NCBI RefSeq assembly: GCF_000142905.1
Contig: NW_013657667.1
Coordinates: 192,801-256,748 of the forward strand
Length of the DNA: 63,948 bases
DNA from: Thecamonas trahens ATCC 50062
Lineage: Eukaryota; Protista; Apusomonadida
Direction: 5' to 3'
The notes under the pieces are model-generated. The model ran no database searches. It saw only the letters and a program-made list of their open reading frames with translations, and was not told where the DNA came from. A program made the position numbers and the translations under genes. Positions 1 to 10,801 of this stretch are shown piece after piece. The stretch's first letter is position 1. Every line of letters begins with the position of its first letter.

Positions 1-2
1 CC

Positions 3-386
3 GAGCTCTCCAAGTCGCTTGCTGGCAAGACGCCGACCGTCTTTGTCGGCAACATGCCGTTCACGATGGATGAGCCCTCACTTCGGTCCTTTATCACCGG
101 CCTCGGCTTTGGCGACATTGCCGACATCCGCCTCATCTTCGACAACACCAAGCGCCGTCCGGTCTTCAAGGGCGCCGCCACCGTCGAGTTTAACTCGCCT
201 GAGGTCGCTGCCAACTTTGTCAAGCTCCCACGTCACCACCTCAAGACCGGCGGCCGCAAGCTGCGTCTTCTCCTTGCCCGCGAGCACCGCCTCGCCCAGG
301 ATCAGGTCCAGATGCATGCCCAGGCCCAGGCCGATGCCGAGGCCGTGGCTGAGGTCCGGAACCGTGCCATGACCATTGAACACTAG
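3..386 (+). CDS. RRM RNA-binding protein, 5'-truncated by the window edge
   Basis: The frame is open from position 3 (ELSKSLAGKTPTVFVGNMPF...). It has RNP2-like VFVGNM and RNP1-like FKGAATVEF. Confidence 0.85.
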   Translation, partial: ELSKSLAGKTPTVFVGNMPFTMDEPSLRSFITGLGFGDIADIRLIFDNTKRRPVFKGAATVEFNSPEVAANFVKLPRHHLKTGGRKLRLLLAREHRLAQDQVQMHAQAQADAEAVAEVRNRAMTIEH

Positions 387-632
387 CCGCCGCCCCCCCC
401 ACCGCCCCCGCGCCATGTGATCGGAAAGCTGGACATTTATGGGCACGTACAGCTCGAGATGTGTGGCTGTGTTGCTGACCCATAGCTACAAATATTTTCA
501 GCCTATCCACCCCCCACCCCCCACCCCCAACCAACCCCAAGTCAGACCACGTGATGCACCGCAGCAATTCCCCGTCCCCCGCCCTCGCCACGACACACAC
601 CCCACCCCCTCCCACGCCGGCCTGTTTTCAAA

Positions 633-1163
633 ATGCAGATGTGGTTCACTCTGGAGACCAGCGACCTGGGCCACTTGCTGTTCCACGGGTGGAAGGTGGA
701 GAGCACCGGTGCGCTGGTCTTTGCTGCTGCCGTCTCGGCTGTCATGGCCGCTGTCTTCACCTTTGTCAAGTCGTGGCTCGTCCCCCGCGTCGACGCTGCT
801 GCCCGCATCGCCGCTATTGAGGCCTCTTCCTCGCGCCACACTCGCCTCCCGCCGCTAGCTGGTGCCTGGGCGCACGAGTCGGTCGCCCTCAATCGCTCAG
901 CCGCTGCCGTGTACTCGGGCGCAGACTCGGGCCGTAGACCCCTCATCGCCGGTATGCCGGGCGCTATGGTGCCGGGCATGCACGAGCCGGCTCGCCCATT
1001 TGCTCCCTGGCTGTGGCAGCTTGTCCGCGCTGGGACCCACGTCCTCCACATCACCATCGGCTATGCTGTCATGCTCATCGCCATGTCGTACTCGGCCTGG
1101 CTCTTCTTTGCCATCCTTGCCGGCGTCTTTGTGGGCTACCTCGTCGCCAACCTCGCCCGCTGA
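633..1163 (+). CDS. Ctr/SLC31 copper transporter
   Basis: N-terminal MxMxF, three TM segments, MxxxM (MLIAM) in TM2 and GxxxG (GVFVG) in TM3. An upstream exon cannot be excluded. Confidence 0.85.
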   Translation: MQMWFTLETSDLGHLLFHGWKVESTGALVFAAAVSAVMAAVFTFVKSWLVPRVDAAARIAAIEASSSRHTRLPPLAGAWAHESVALNRSAAAVYSGADSGRRPLIAGMPGAMVPGMHEPARPFAPWLWQLVRAGTHVLHITIGYAVMLIAMSYSAWLFFAILAGVFVGYLVANLAR

Positions 1164-1182
1164 TCCGGCATGGTCTCCACGC

Positions 1183-2025
1183 TCAGGCCTTGGGCCCAGA
1201 TCCGGTCCTGGCCGTGACCCCGCCCACCACTGGATGCGTGAGCAATACCTGCAGGACATCGCCAAGCATGTCACCGTAGTCGTTGCATAGCGAGTACTGC
1301 GAGGCCGGCACGCCCACGCCCAGCACATAACCGAGTGCATGGCCGCGGCTTCCCCGACCGCCCGCCGAGCCGGTCAGCCAGAACCAATAGTGATCGCGGA
1401 GGACAGATCCGACCCGCCAGTGTGCCGCAAGGCACAGGGTCTTGAACACGTCCTCAGTGGCGTCGTCCAGAACCCGCGCAGCGTCTACCAGCGCTCGGCC
1501 GCCCGGCGCAAGCTGTGCATAAACCGCATCCTCCACAAGCGGCGCGTCGCGGACCGTTCCGGTCACCTTGAACGGCAGCTGGAGCCAAGTCACCGCTGCG
1601 TTGCGCCACCGCTCTACTGCATCACCAGCAGCATCCGCGACATCGTTGACGGCCGGATACGCCGCCAGCGCCAGCGCCACGCCGACCACTCGCACGTCGG
1701 CCGGCGTCAGCACGCCAGCAGCGGCTCTGGACGCCACACGCGTCCCCATCCAAACACCGACCGCCGCCACAGCCTTGACCGCGTCCTCGGCCGCATCGTC
1801 TGCGCCGTCAACCGCAAAGCCAAATAGGCCCGCTAGCTCGGCCACCAGCGGCAGCGGCGGCGTCAGCGCCGTCCCGCCCACCGCGTCCGCCAGCCGCCCC
1901 GCCAGCGCCCCCGGCATGCCCGCCAGGACACCAAGCGGGAGAAGCGCCGCCACAAAAACCACAGCCGCCACAGCCACATCCCTCCGCCCGAGCCAGCTTC
2001 CTACTTCTCGCTTCCTTCCGCTCAT
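1183..2025 (-). CDS. Hypothetical membrane protein
   Basis: Long ORF with ATG at 2025 and several hydrophobic segments. No recognised family. Confidence 0.5.
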   Translation of the reverse strand: MSGRKREVGSWLGRRDVAVAAVVFVAALLPLGVLAGMPGALAGRLADAVGGTALTPPLPLVAELAGLFGFAVDGADDAAEDAVKAVAAVGVWMGTRVASRAAAGVLTPADVRVVGVALALAAYPAVNDVADAAGDAVERWRNAAVTWLQLPFKVTGTVRDAPLVEDAVYAQLAPGGRALVDAARVLDDATEDVFKTLCLAAHWRVGSVLRDHYWFWLTGSAGGRGSRGHALGYVLGVGVPASQYSLCNDYGDMLGDVLQVLLTHPVVGGVTARTGSGPKA

Positions 2026-2980
2026 CTCACTTCTGCCTGCGAGCCCACAACCAGAGCCGATTGAGTCGATGAGCCGAGTGGTGGCTGGAGTTGGGCGAGT
2101 GTCAGAAGTCAAGACTCACGGGCAAATGCCAGCCTTTTTTTCTGTGCGGGTGCGGAGAAAGTCACTCCGCAACACACCGTGTCGGTGGGACGACTCCACG
2201 TGCGACAAATGTAACACGGCGTACCCATCCCCGCAACAGCACACGCTCTCAGCCTCTCACTCGCCCTCCCTGTGCGTTTTACAAGCTAAAAGAGCCGCAC
2301 AGAGGGCCTTGCTCTTGATGCTCAAACATAAAACTCTAGTCTCGGACCTTCTCGACCCTAACTGTCCCTTATCCGGCACCCGCTCTCTGCAATTTAGATG
2401 TTGACGAGTCTTCGGGAAGCCTACAGGAAACCAGAATAGACCACCCGTATCCGGCTCACTGGTCATCACCAGCACAGAGTCAAACATCCCTTTTTTCGGA
2501 GCACATCCGCAGTTGCAGCAGAGCAAGGTGATCTCCTGGCGATTGCAGAGAACTCAAAGGTCACATCACGCATGAACGCCAAGCAAAGGCGTCACTGCGT
2601 CTATAAGCATCGACAGGCAGAATGTGGCAACATGGCAGCCTCGATGACGTGCCAACTTGCTGTTAATTGGCACACACGCGCATCGAGCCAATTTATGATA
2701 CCCAGATCGCCCGCACACATCCTTGCCTTCTATGTGCGCTACCTGTACGCTACGGTGCATCTACTCCCATTGGTGCATGCAACATGTGACAGCAACATGT
2801 CAATACCACTGGTGTGTTGCTGTGTACGTGTAGTCTTACGCACGGGCACATTGCGGCTCAGCGGTGGATCGGGAGCTAATCACCATCAACTGGGTGAAAT
2901 ATTACTGGTCGGTCGGGAAGCCGGACGTTGCGGGAGTGGCAACCACCCCCCTCCTACGAGGAAGACCCACCCTTCCTCCC

Positions 2981-4078
2981 ATGCCCGTACGTGCATCATG
3001 CGAGTGCACGGCGTGTGGCAAGACGTTCTCGCGACGGAGCAACCTTTTCCGCCACGTGCGCACCGTACACGGCACCGCCGCCGGCCTCAAAACCTCGGAA
3101 CCGCCGACGTTCGCTTGCGATGACTGTGGCCAATTGTTTACTCGACGGGACACACTTCGGCGGCACTACACAGCCGCCCATGCCGACGTCACCTACCCCT
3201 GTCCGCTCTGTGATAGAGAGTTCGGCCGCCGGTCCTCCCTGCACCGCCACGTCCGCCTCGTTCATCCCGAAGCTCAGTTGTCAACCACATTACAGCAGCA
3301 TGACTTGCTGTTGCCGTCGGCCCCGCTGTCAACTTCCATACCGAGCGCGTCACCATCGGCCACGACAACTTCGGCGGCCTCGTCGCTCGCGGCCACAAAC
3401 ACGGCATCATCATCGACCAGCGAGTCATCCATCGCCAGCCGATCATCCGCCTCTCTCATCTCGAGCTCAAGCTCGGTCGCCGTGGCTGCTCCGCAGCTCG
3501 CTTTTCTCCCTGCAACTGCCACTTATGTCTCCAAATCCAAGCTCACCGCGAGCAAGCTCGCCATCGCTTTTGCTGCATCTCACCCGGACGCCATCGCCAT
3601 CCATCACGACCACCACATCGACGCCCTCTATGAAGGCCGATTGCTTTTCTTCTGTACCATGCCCCATGGCGAGTCTGGCAGCGAGTCCAGCACGACCGCC
3701 GGCCCGGGCACCCAAGACGACACCCAAGACGACATCCGCGTCCGCACTGCTGCCAGCTCGGATACGTTCCCACTCGATCCAGCGACTACGACTCGCGTTG
3801 CTGCTCAGTTTCCGTCGCTCCACCCGGATGCCATCCATGCCCACATACATCGCCTCGACAAGCTCGAGATCGCCCCGGCTCCGCTGGTTCCCATAACCAA
3901 CCCACCACCCGACCTCGTCGCTCTCGGCGATCACATACACAACGACGGCTGCACACATCCACCCGTTGTCCATGACGACCACGTTGACTACCTGGTGGAA
4001 AACTGGCTCCATCATCCTGCCGCAGCTACGACGGCAGCCGCCATCCACGGCTACCTTGCTTCCGTACCACATGAATGA
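2981..4078 (+). CDS. C2H2 zinc-finger protein (3 fingers) with a His-rich C-terminal module
   Basis: Fingers CTACGKTFSRRSNLFRHVRTVH, CDDCGQLFTRRDTLRRHYTAAH and CPLCDREFGRRSSLHRHVRLVH, a Ser-rich linker, then HHDHHIDAL and HDDHVDYL motifs. First in-frame ATG is at 2981. Confidence 0.85.
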   Translation: MPVRASCECTACGKTFSRRSNLFRHVRTVHGTAAGLKTSEPPTFACDDCGQLFTRRDTLRRHYTAAHADVTYPCPLCDREFGRRSSLHRHVRLVHPEAQLSTTLQQHDLLLPSAPLSTSIPSASPSATTTSAASSLAATNTASSSTSESSIASRSSASLISSSSSVAVAAPQLAFLPATATYVSKSKLTASKLAIAFAASHPDAIAIHHDHHIDALYEGRLLFFCTMPHGESGSESSTTAGPGTQDDTQDDIRVRTAASSDTFPLDPATTTRVAAQFPSLHPDAIHAHIHRLDKLEIAPAPLVPITNPPPDLVALGDHIHNDGCTHPPVVHDDHVDYLVENWLHHPAAATTAAAIHGYLASVPHE

Positions 4079-4106
4079 ACAGTCTATGAAGTCGGCTTCA
4101 TTAGAC

Positions 4107-7100
4107 CTACGCCGTCACATCCCACACGCAGATGTCGCCGCATGAGCTGCCAGACACGAGCGCAGAGCCCGAGTCGGTGACCGCCACCGCGCCCACCGCG
4201 CCCGAGTGGCCAACAAAGTCCTGGAACGTTCCCTCCCAGTAGTCGACAAGCTTGAGAACCCGCTCAGCGAGACCGATCGCAACCATTGGCGTTCGCCCCG
4301 TCGCCACCACGCTCAGCGTCAGCGGCCACTGATCGCGCCCGAGCGGGAGCGACCGCAACACTTCCTCGTGAACCAGCGAGTAGAGAAGGATTGCCGGCGC
4401 GTCCCCGTAGCCCGAGTACACAATCATGTCCGGCTCCACCGGCGAAAACACCGCAAGCGTCGGCGCTCCGGCCCGACCGGCCGCGTTGCCTTCAGCCGCG
4501 CCGGTCGCGCCTTGCTCCGGAATCGGCGGTGCCGCAAACGTGAGCCAGTCGACGAGTGCATACTTGTCACTCCGCCACCGCGTCCGCCACACAGAGACCC
4601 GTCGGTCAGCAGAACCGACAAGCCACAGCTGCGGATCGAGGCTCGACACGTCGATGCAATCGATCCGCGCCCCGGCATGCTCGCCGATCCGCTTCAGCAC
4701 CGCCCCGTTGCCGGTGTCCAGCACCACCACGTCACCGTTGCCCGAGCCCGCGAGAATCGCAGAGTCGCGGATGCCGCCCACGGCCACAGCCGTCACAGGC
4801 GCGTCCGAGAACGCCTTGTGTAGGCCCACCAGCGAGAGCGTCCGCAGATCAAACACCCGCACACACCCGTCCGAGTAGCCCGCCACCACCGCGCTCCGCA
4901 CCTTGGACGCCACGAGACATGTCACGCCTGTAAACGGCGAAGCCACTTGGAACTGCACCACACCTTCCCACGGTCCCGCCCCGCGCCCGTGTGACCAGAG
5001 CCGGACAGACCCGTCGCGCGAGCCAGAGACAAGTAGCGCATCGTCTTCGGCAAAGCTCACCGCAGTCACAGAGTCTGAATGTGCTGAGAGGAGCCGGACA
5101 GCCGTGAGCTCGGGCCAGTTGACAAACCACAGGTTGCCGTCGCCGGACCCCACAAGCGCATCGTCACCGAGCGCAGATGCAGACAGCGCCACAAGCGGCG
5201 CGTCGCCAACCGTCAGCTCCTCGATCCGCGACCCACCCACAGAAGCCGCCATCGGATCCTCCGGAAGAGCCCATGCCGCGAGCTTGCCGTGCATGTCGCC
5301 AGTGAAGAGAACGTCTGCACGCCACCCTAGCACCGTCACCTGCCGCGCCGCGAGTGGGTGCTCGCTTGACACCACTCGCCACGAACCGAGGAACGACGGT
5401 CCGCCCTCGCTGCATGTGTTGAACACCGCTACCTCGCCAGAGTACGTCCCCACGTAAATCCGCCGTGCCATGCGCGACACACGCCGCGGCGACGAATCAA
5501 ACACACCCGCTGTGAAGATCGAAGTCCCAAGCGACGCCGGCAGTGCCACAGCACGCGGCTCGGCCAGTCGTGCCCCGCCCTCGATCGTAAAGCTCGTCAG
5601 CGAGTACACCCCACCCGTCACAAACGCCGGTGGGTTCGCCGTCGGCGACCATGCCGCCCACAGCTGCGGCTGCTCGAGCACCACAGACCCGATCATGGCA
5701 CACGACCGCAAATCCCACACCGCCACAGACCGCTCGCCTGGTGACCCAACAGAGACAAGGTACTCGCCTGACGGAGAAAAGGCAAGCGCAACGACTCCGG
5801 CTTCGTGGAAAGCAAGCGACATCTGGCACACTGCGTCCACCGCAGACCAAACCAGGATCCGCGCAGCGCCATCGACATCGCTTGTTCCCGGTGCAGACGC
5901 CACCAGCGACCCGTCCGGCGAGACCGCCACCACAGAGACCGCCGCTGTGTGGCCCCACAGGTGCGTCTGTGCCTTGGACGCCAGATCCTCCAGCACCACC
6001 GCTGCTCCTGATGCATACGCCACGTACCCGCCGGCCTCGCACCAGACCACGTTGTGCCCACCAGTCCCGCTTATCGAGCCCGAGTACCCAAGAAGCAGTC
6101 GCGGCGAGAGTGCCGCCTCGTTGGCATCCGGCGGCGTGTACCGCTCCTCGGCAAGTCGTGTCGGCAGCGTGTGCTCCCGCCGCGGATCGACTGAAAACGC
6201 ACTCGCCACCTTGATGGCCACATCACCAAACGTCGGATCATCGTCTTCCACCACGCCTGCTGCTTCCGCTCCGTGTTCGCGGCCAGGCGTCGGTGAGCCG
6301 CTCGCCGAGCGCGCCGGGGAGCCGGCTAGCGAGCCACTCGCCGAGCTCGAGAGTGCATGCGGCGACGCGGATCGCTCCGTCGCCAGAGCCTCGAGCTGGG
6401 CTTCGGACCGCGCCCGAAACTCGGACGTCGTGTCACCGTGGAACCGCCACACAAAGACAGCTCCACCGGCGCCGGCGCTCACCACCAGCGAGTCGCCACA
6501 GGCAAACGCCACTCCTGAGAGATAACCCGGGGCGTTGACAAACGACTGTGCGCCAGGCGCTGCCCGCTGGTAGTAGTCCCAAACCTTGAGCACCCCGTCG
6601 TGCCCGCCAGACGCAATGTACTGTCCGTTCGCTGTCACGTCAAGTGCAGAGAACAGTCCAGAGTGGGCCATCGGCGTGCCGGCCACCAGCTCGCCGCGCG
6701 ATGCGTCGGCTCGGAACAGGTAAGAGTCAACAGTCGAGATGAGGAGCTCGTGCGAAAGCGCCCGCGGAAAATGCAGCGCCTGGGCCTGTGTGTGCAGCGT
6801 GATGACATGGATGGCTTGCAGTGACTCGGTCTCTGCCAGCGTCACCATGTCGTGGCTCGGCCCTGCGTACGCGAGCCAGCCGCCATCAGCTGAGACTGCC
6901 ATCGGCAGCTCGCCCGACGGCGAGACCACGCCGTGCGCGATAAACTGCGTTGGCTGGTACAGCGAGTCGACCGCGTACTTGACAATAGTGCCGTCCGCCG
7001 AAGCCGAAAACAGCGCCGCCGCGTCGGGCGTGTACGCCAACTTGCCGATCCGTGCTGTGTGCTGCTTAAACTCGTGCGCGAGCTCCGCACTCTCCAGCTC

Positions 7101-9693
7101 AAACACACGCATCCAGCCTGACTCAAAGCCGACCGCCACATACCCGCCCGTCGGATGAAAGGCAACCGCGTGCGGTACGTCGCCCGGTGCCGTGAACTCG
7201 AGCAACTGCTGGCAGTCCGGCAGCGACCAGAGTCGGACCGAGCCGTCACCGGCAACCGTGGCAAAGCTGTCATCCTTGGGTGAGACTGCGAGATCGTGGA
7301 CGCCCGCTGTGTGCGAACGGAGAAAAGTCGTGAATGACTGGGTCAGAATATCCAGTGCGCCGAGCGAGCCTGCAGCCGTCCCGCACAGAATCTTGAGGCA
7401 GTCGTACGAGATGGCCACCGAAGTGACGGCCGACTCGTGCTCAGCCTCGAGGAAAAAGTCGGAAAAGTCGAGCGGCCAGACCCGCAGAAACCCGTCGTCC
7501 GAGCCGCTGACACAGTAGCCATCAACAACCGAGAGTGACCGGATGGGACCGTTGTGGAGCTGGTAAATGGCCTCCAACTCAACCGTCGAGTACGCAATCT
7601 GGAACACCATGCCCGAGTCGCTCGCCACATACACCCGCTGCCCCAGCACCGCTTCGTCGTCCAGCACCGCACCACCAGCCGCCGGTGGAAGATGCCCGAC
7701 TTCAAACGCCAGGTCGGTAAAGAGATGCCCAGTGTGTGCGCCTAGCGAGACCGGGCATGACCGCAGGACGCCAGCCTTGAGCCGCCAGAACCGCACGTTG
7801 TTAAGCCCACACGAGACAAGTCGGTCGTCGCCAAACGGCGAGAACTTGATGACTCCAACGTGCGGGTCGACGTGCGCTGTCGCCACCACCGATGCAATGC
7901 CACCCTGTGCTAGCGCCGACAGTGAAGAGATGTCCCACACCACGAGCTTGGTCTTGCCCGACTTGGCCTTACCCACGCCCGCCAGCCGCGCCCCGGTCCG
8001 CGACAGCGTTAGCGCAGACACGTCGCGGTGGTGGCCAAGCAAGACGGCGAGCGACGTGCCGGTCGCAAAGTCCCACACCCGAATGATCGGCTCACTCCCG
8101 CCCTGGGCACTCGCCAACAGCCGCCCGTCGCCCGACAGCGCGAGTGCCACCACCGGAGCAGTGTGCCCGGTAAAGTACCGTTGGTGACTCGCCGCCGCAG
8201 CAGGCGAAGCGCACACACGGGTGGCCACCACCATGTTGACAGCAGAGTACACCGCCTCGCTTCCATCGGCAGACCAGAGGCACGACGATGGGACGGAACC
8301 AGAGTAGCCGATCACCGACGCAAGCGTGCACATTGGGTCCGGCTCGGCCATAATCGACTCGACCGACGGCTCCGGCATTGTCTCCCGCGGAATGATAGTC
8401 GCCATGAGTGACTTGGCGTGCGCCCGTCGCGCCTCGACAGAGTCGGCCGCAGCCGATGCTGCTGCCGCAGCTGCGGTGCGTGCAGCGTTAACTGGGATGT
8501 TGTTGCGGACAGATGTCCGCGCCCGCGCCGGTGATGCCAGCGCCTCGACCCGCGGAATCGGGACCGGCGTCATCGGCGCCGCAGCGCCCGATCGCGGTCC
8601 CGACCGCTGCGGACTCCACGACTCGCCGCCACTGCCGCCGTCCGTCTCTGACGCCCGCTGGCTCGCGCTCGCGCCGTCGGCGCTGCTCGCCGCGGGTACA
8701 TTTGTACGCGGATGTGCCGGAGGGACCGGGCGCGAGAGCGGGATCTCTGCACCAGACTCGACAAAGTCCTCGGGCGCAACCCCAACGGGGACCGGGAGTC
8801 GGTCGTAGGTGTAGAGGTCGTGCCACGACCGCCCCGGTCGCAGCGGCAGTGCCATGTCGCGCGGAAGCGATGTCGGTGAGTAGATATTATACGAGGTAAA
8901 GACGTTACGCACCAGGAGTGTCGAGCAGAGCTGGATGGCCTTGAGCGAATGATAGACCCGCGTCGAGTGCATGTCGAGCACCGCCGCGGCGTCAAGAACG
9001 AGCACCGTCCACTTGCCACCGGGGATATGACCTGTCGGCAGCTGGATGAGCGACGGCGAGACCTTGATCTCCGAATACATGTTGGAGAGCGAGATGCGGA
9101 GCGTGAGCCCGTCTTGCGTCCTCACATCAAAGTGCATGGCGTACACGCTCGCCGCCCGCCGCGGCGCCTTGAACTGCACATACACGTACCGCCCCACCAG
9201 ATTAAGGGAAGCAGACTTGCTCTTGGGCACTCGGAGGTAGTTGGCAGCAGGCACTGAGCCCGAGAGCTGGAACACCTTGCGCCCGATCGTCTTGTCCACC
9301 GCCGAGCCCACCGCCCCGGCCATGTCGGCGCACTTGAACTGGTCGACCTTGAACGCCCGGAACACGTTCACCAGTGGCTCCTGCCACACTACGCACCCCC
9401 TCCATACGTACACACACACACATGTATACACACGTATTCCGTCGTTGACGTCAATAAGTCCCTCGGTCGCCCTTCCCGCCCTTCCCGCCCTTCACGCCCT
9501 TGCCCTCGCTCTCTCCTCTTGGTCGCCCCAAAAAAGCGCGCCAACCGCAAGTCGGCCAGCAGCCACCTCCAACCACCACCACCCCTTCCTCCCCCTCCCC
9601 TTCCTCTTATTCCTCCTCCTCCTCCCCCACACACACGCCCTCTTCACATCACCCAGCATACGTACCTGTGGAGGCACGGTCCAGGTTCTCCAT
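4107..9693 (-). CDS. WDR90: WDR90/POC16 centriolar protein (CFA20/DUF667 domain + WD40 repeats); join(9693..9666, 9388..4107)
   Basis: N-terminus VWQEPLVNVFRAF...GSVPAANYLRVPKSKSASLNLVGRYVYVQF matches the WDR90 CFA20 domain, followed by many GH...WD repeats. A phase-1 intron GTACGT...TAG joins MENLDRAST to VWQEP. Confidence 0.9.
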
Positions 9694-9768
9694 GGCAATG
9701 CCTGGATGAGTGTTACTGCCCCAGTCCCAGTCCCCAGCCTCAGCCCTTGCCCTCCCCCCCTCCCCGAC

Positions 9769-9812
9769 CACCCAACCTGGCAAGCCCGCCCACCCAACTT
9801 GGCAAGCCCGCC
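9769..9812. repeat. 22-bp tandem direct repeat CACCCAACYTGGCAAGCCCGCC upstream of WDR90
   Basis: Two copies, 9769-9790 and 9791-9812, with one mismatch. Confidence 0.8.
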
Positions 9813-10093
9813 CAATCGGTGCCATCGGCTTGGCCAAGTTGGGCTGTTCCTCCTCGGCCACTCCCCGCCCTGCTATCGTTCCTGCCCTTGTACCTAAGCA
9901 AGCACAGGGTGGTGGATTGAAGCTTGTATGGTCCGGCTACACGGATCGATGATGACCATGATGGTCATGGTCATGGTGACGATGACAACGATGGTGATGA
10001 TGGTGACCGTCGCGATGACTGCTAGCGCAGAATCCCATCCAACTCGCTGTGCTCCATCGAATTATCATCACCGTCAGCCTTGACGTTTAGAGT

Positions 10094-10641
<548 letters not shown>

Positions 10642-10720
10642 GTCGTATAGTTCAAGGGTGGACGCAAGCGGAAGTAGAGAACACGAGGGGGTGGACAGGG
10701 GAGGAAGGAGGCCAAGGACA

Positions 10721-10768
10721 ATGAGCAGGCAGCGGGCCGAAGGAGCTCGGCCAGGTACCGGGTCTGGC

Positions 10769-10801
<33 letters not shown>

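Noticed and set aside
9685-9699. Full RFX X-box at the WDR90 start codon (GTTCTCCATGGCAAT)
   Set aside because: It has several mismatches to the palindrome and overlaps the ATG/Kozak context, which explains the CCATGG core.
4206-9897. Many plus-strand ORFs antisense to WDR90, and similar shadow ORFs throughout the window
   Set aside because: These are expected stop-poor antisense or alternative frames of GC-rich coding DNA, with no motifs.
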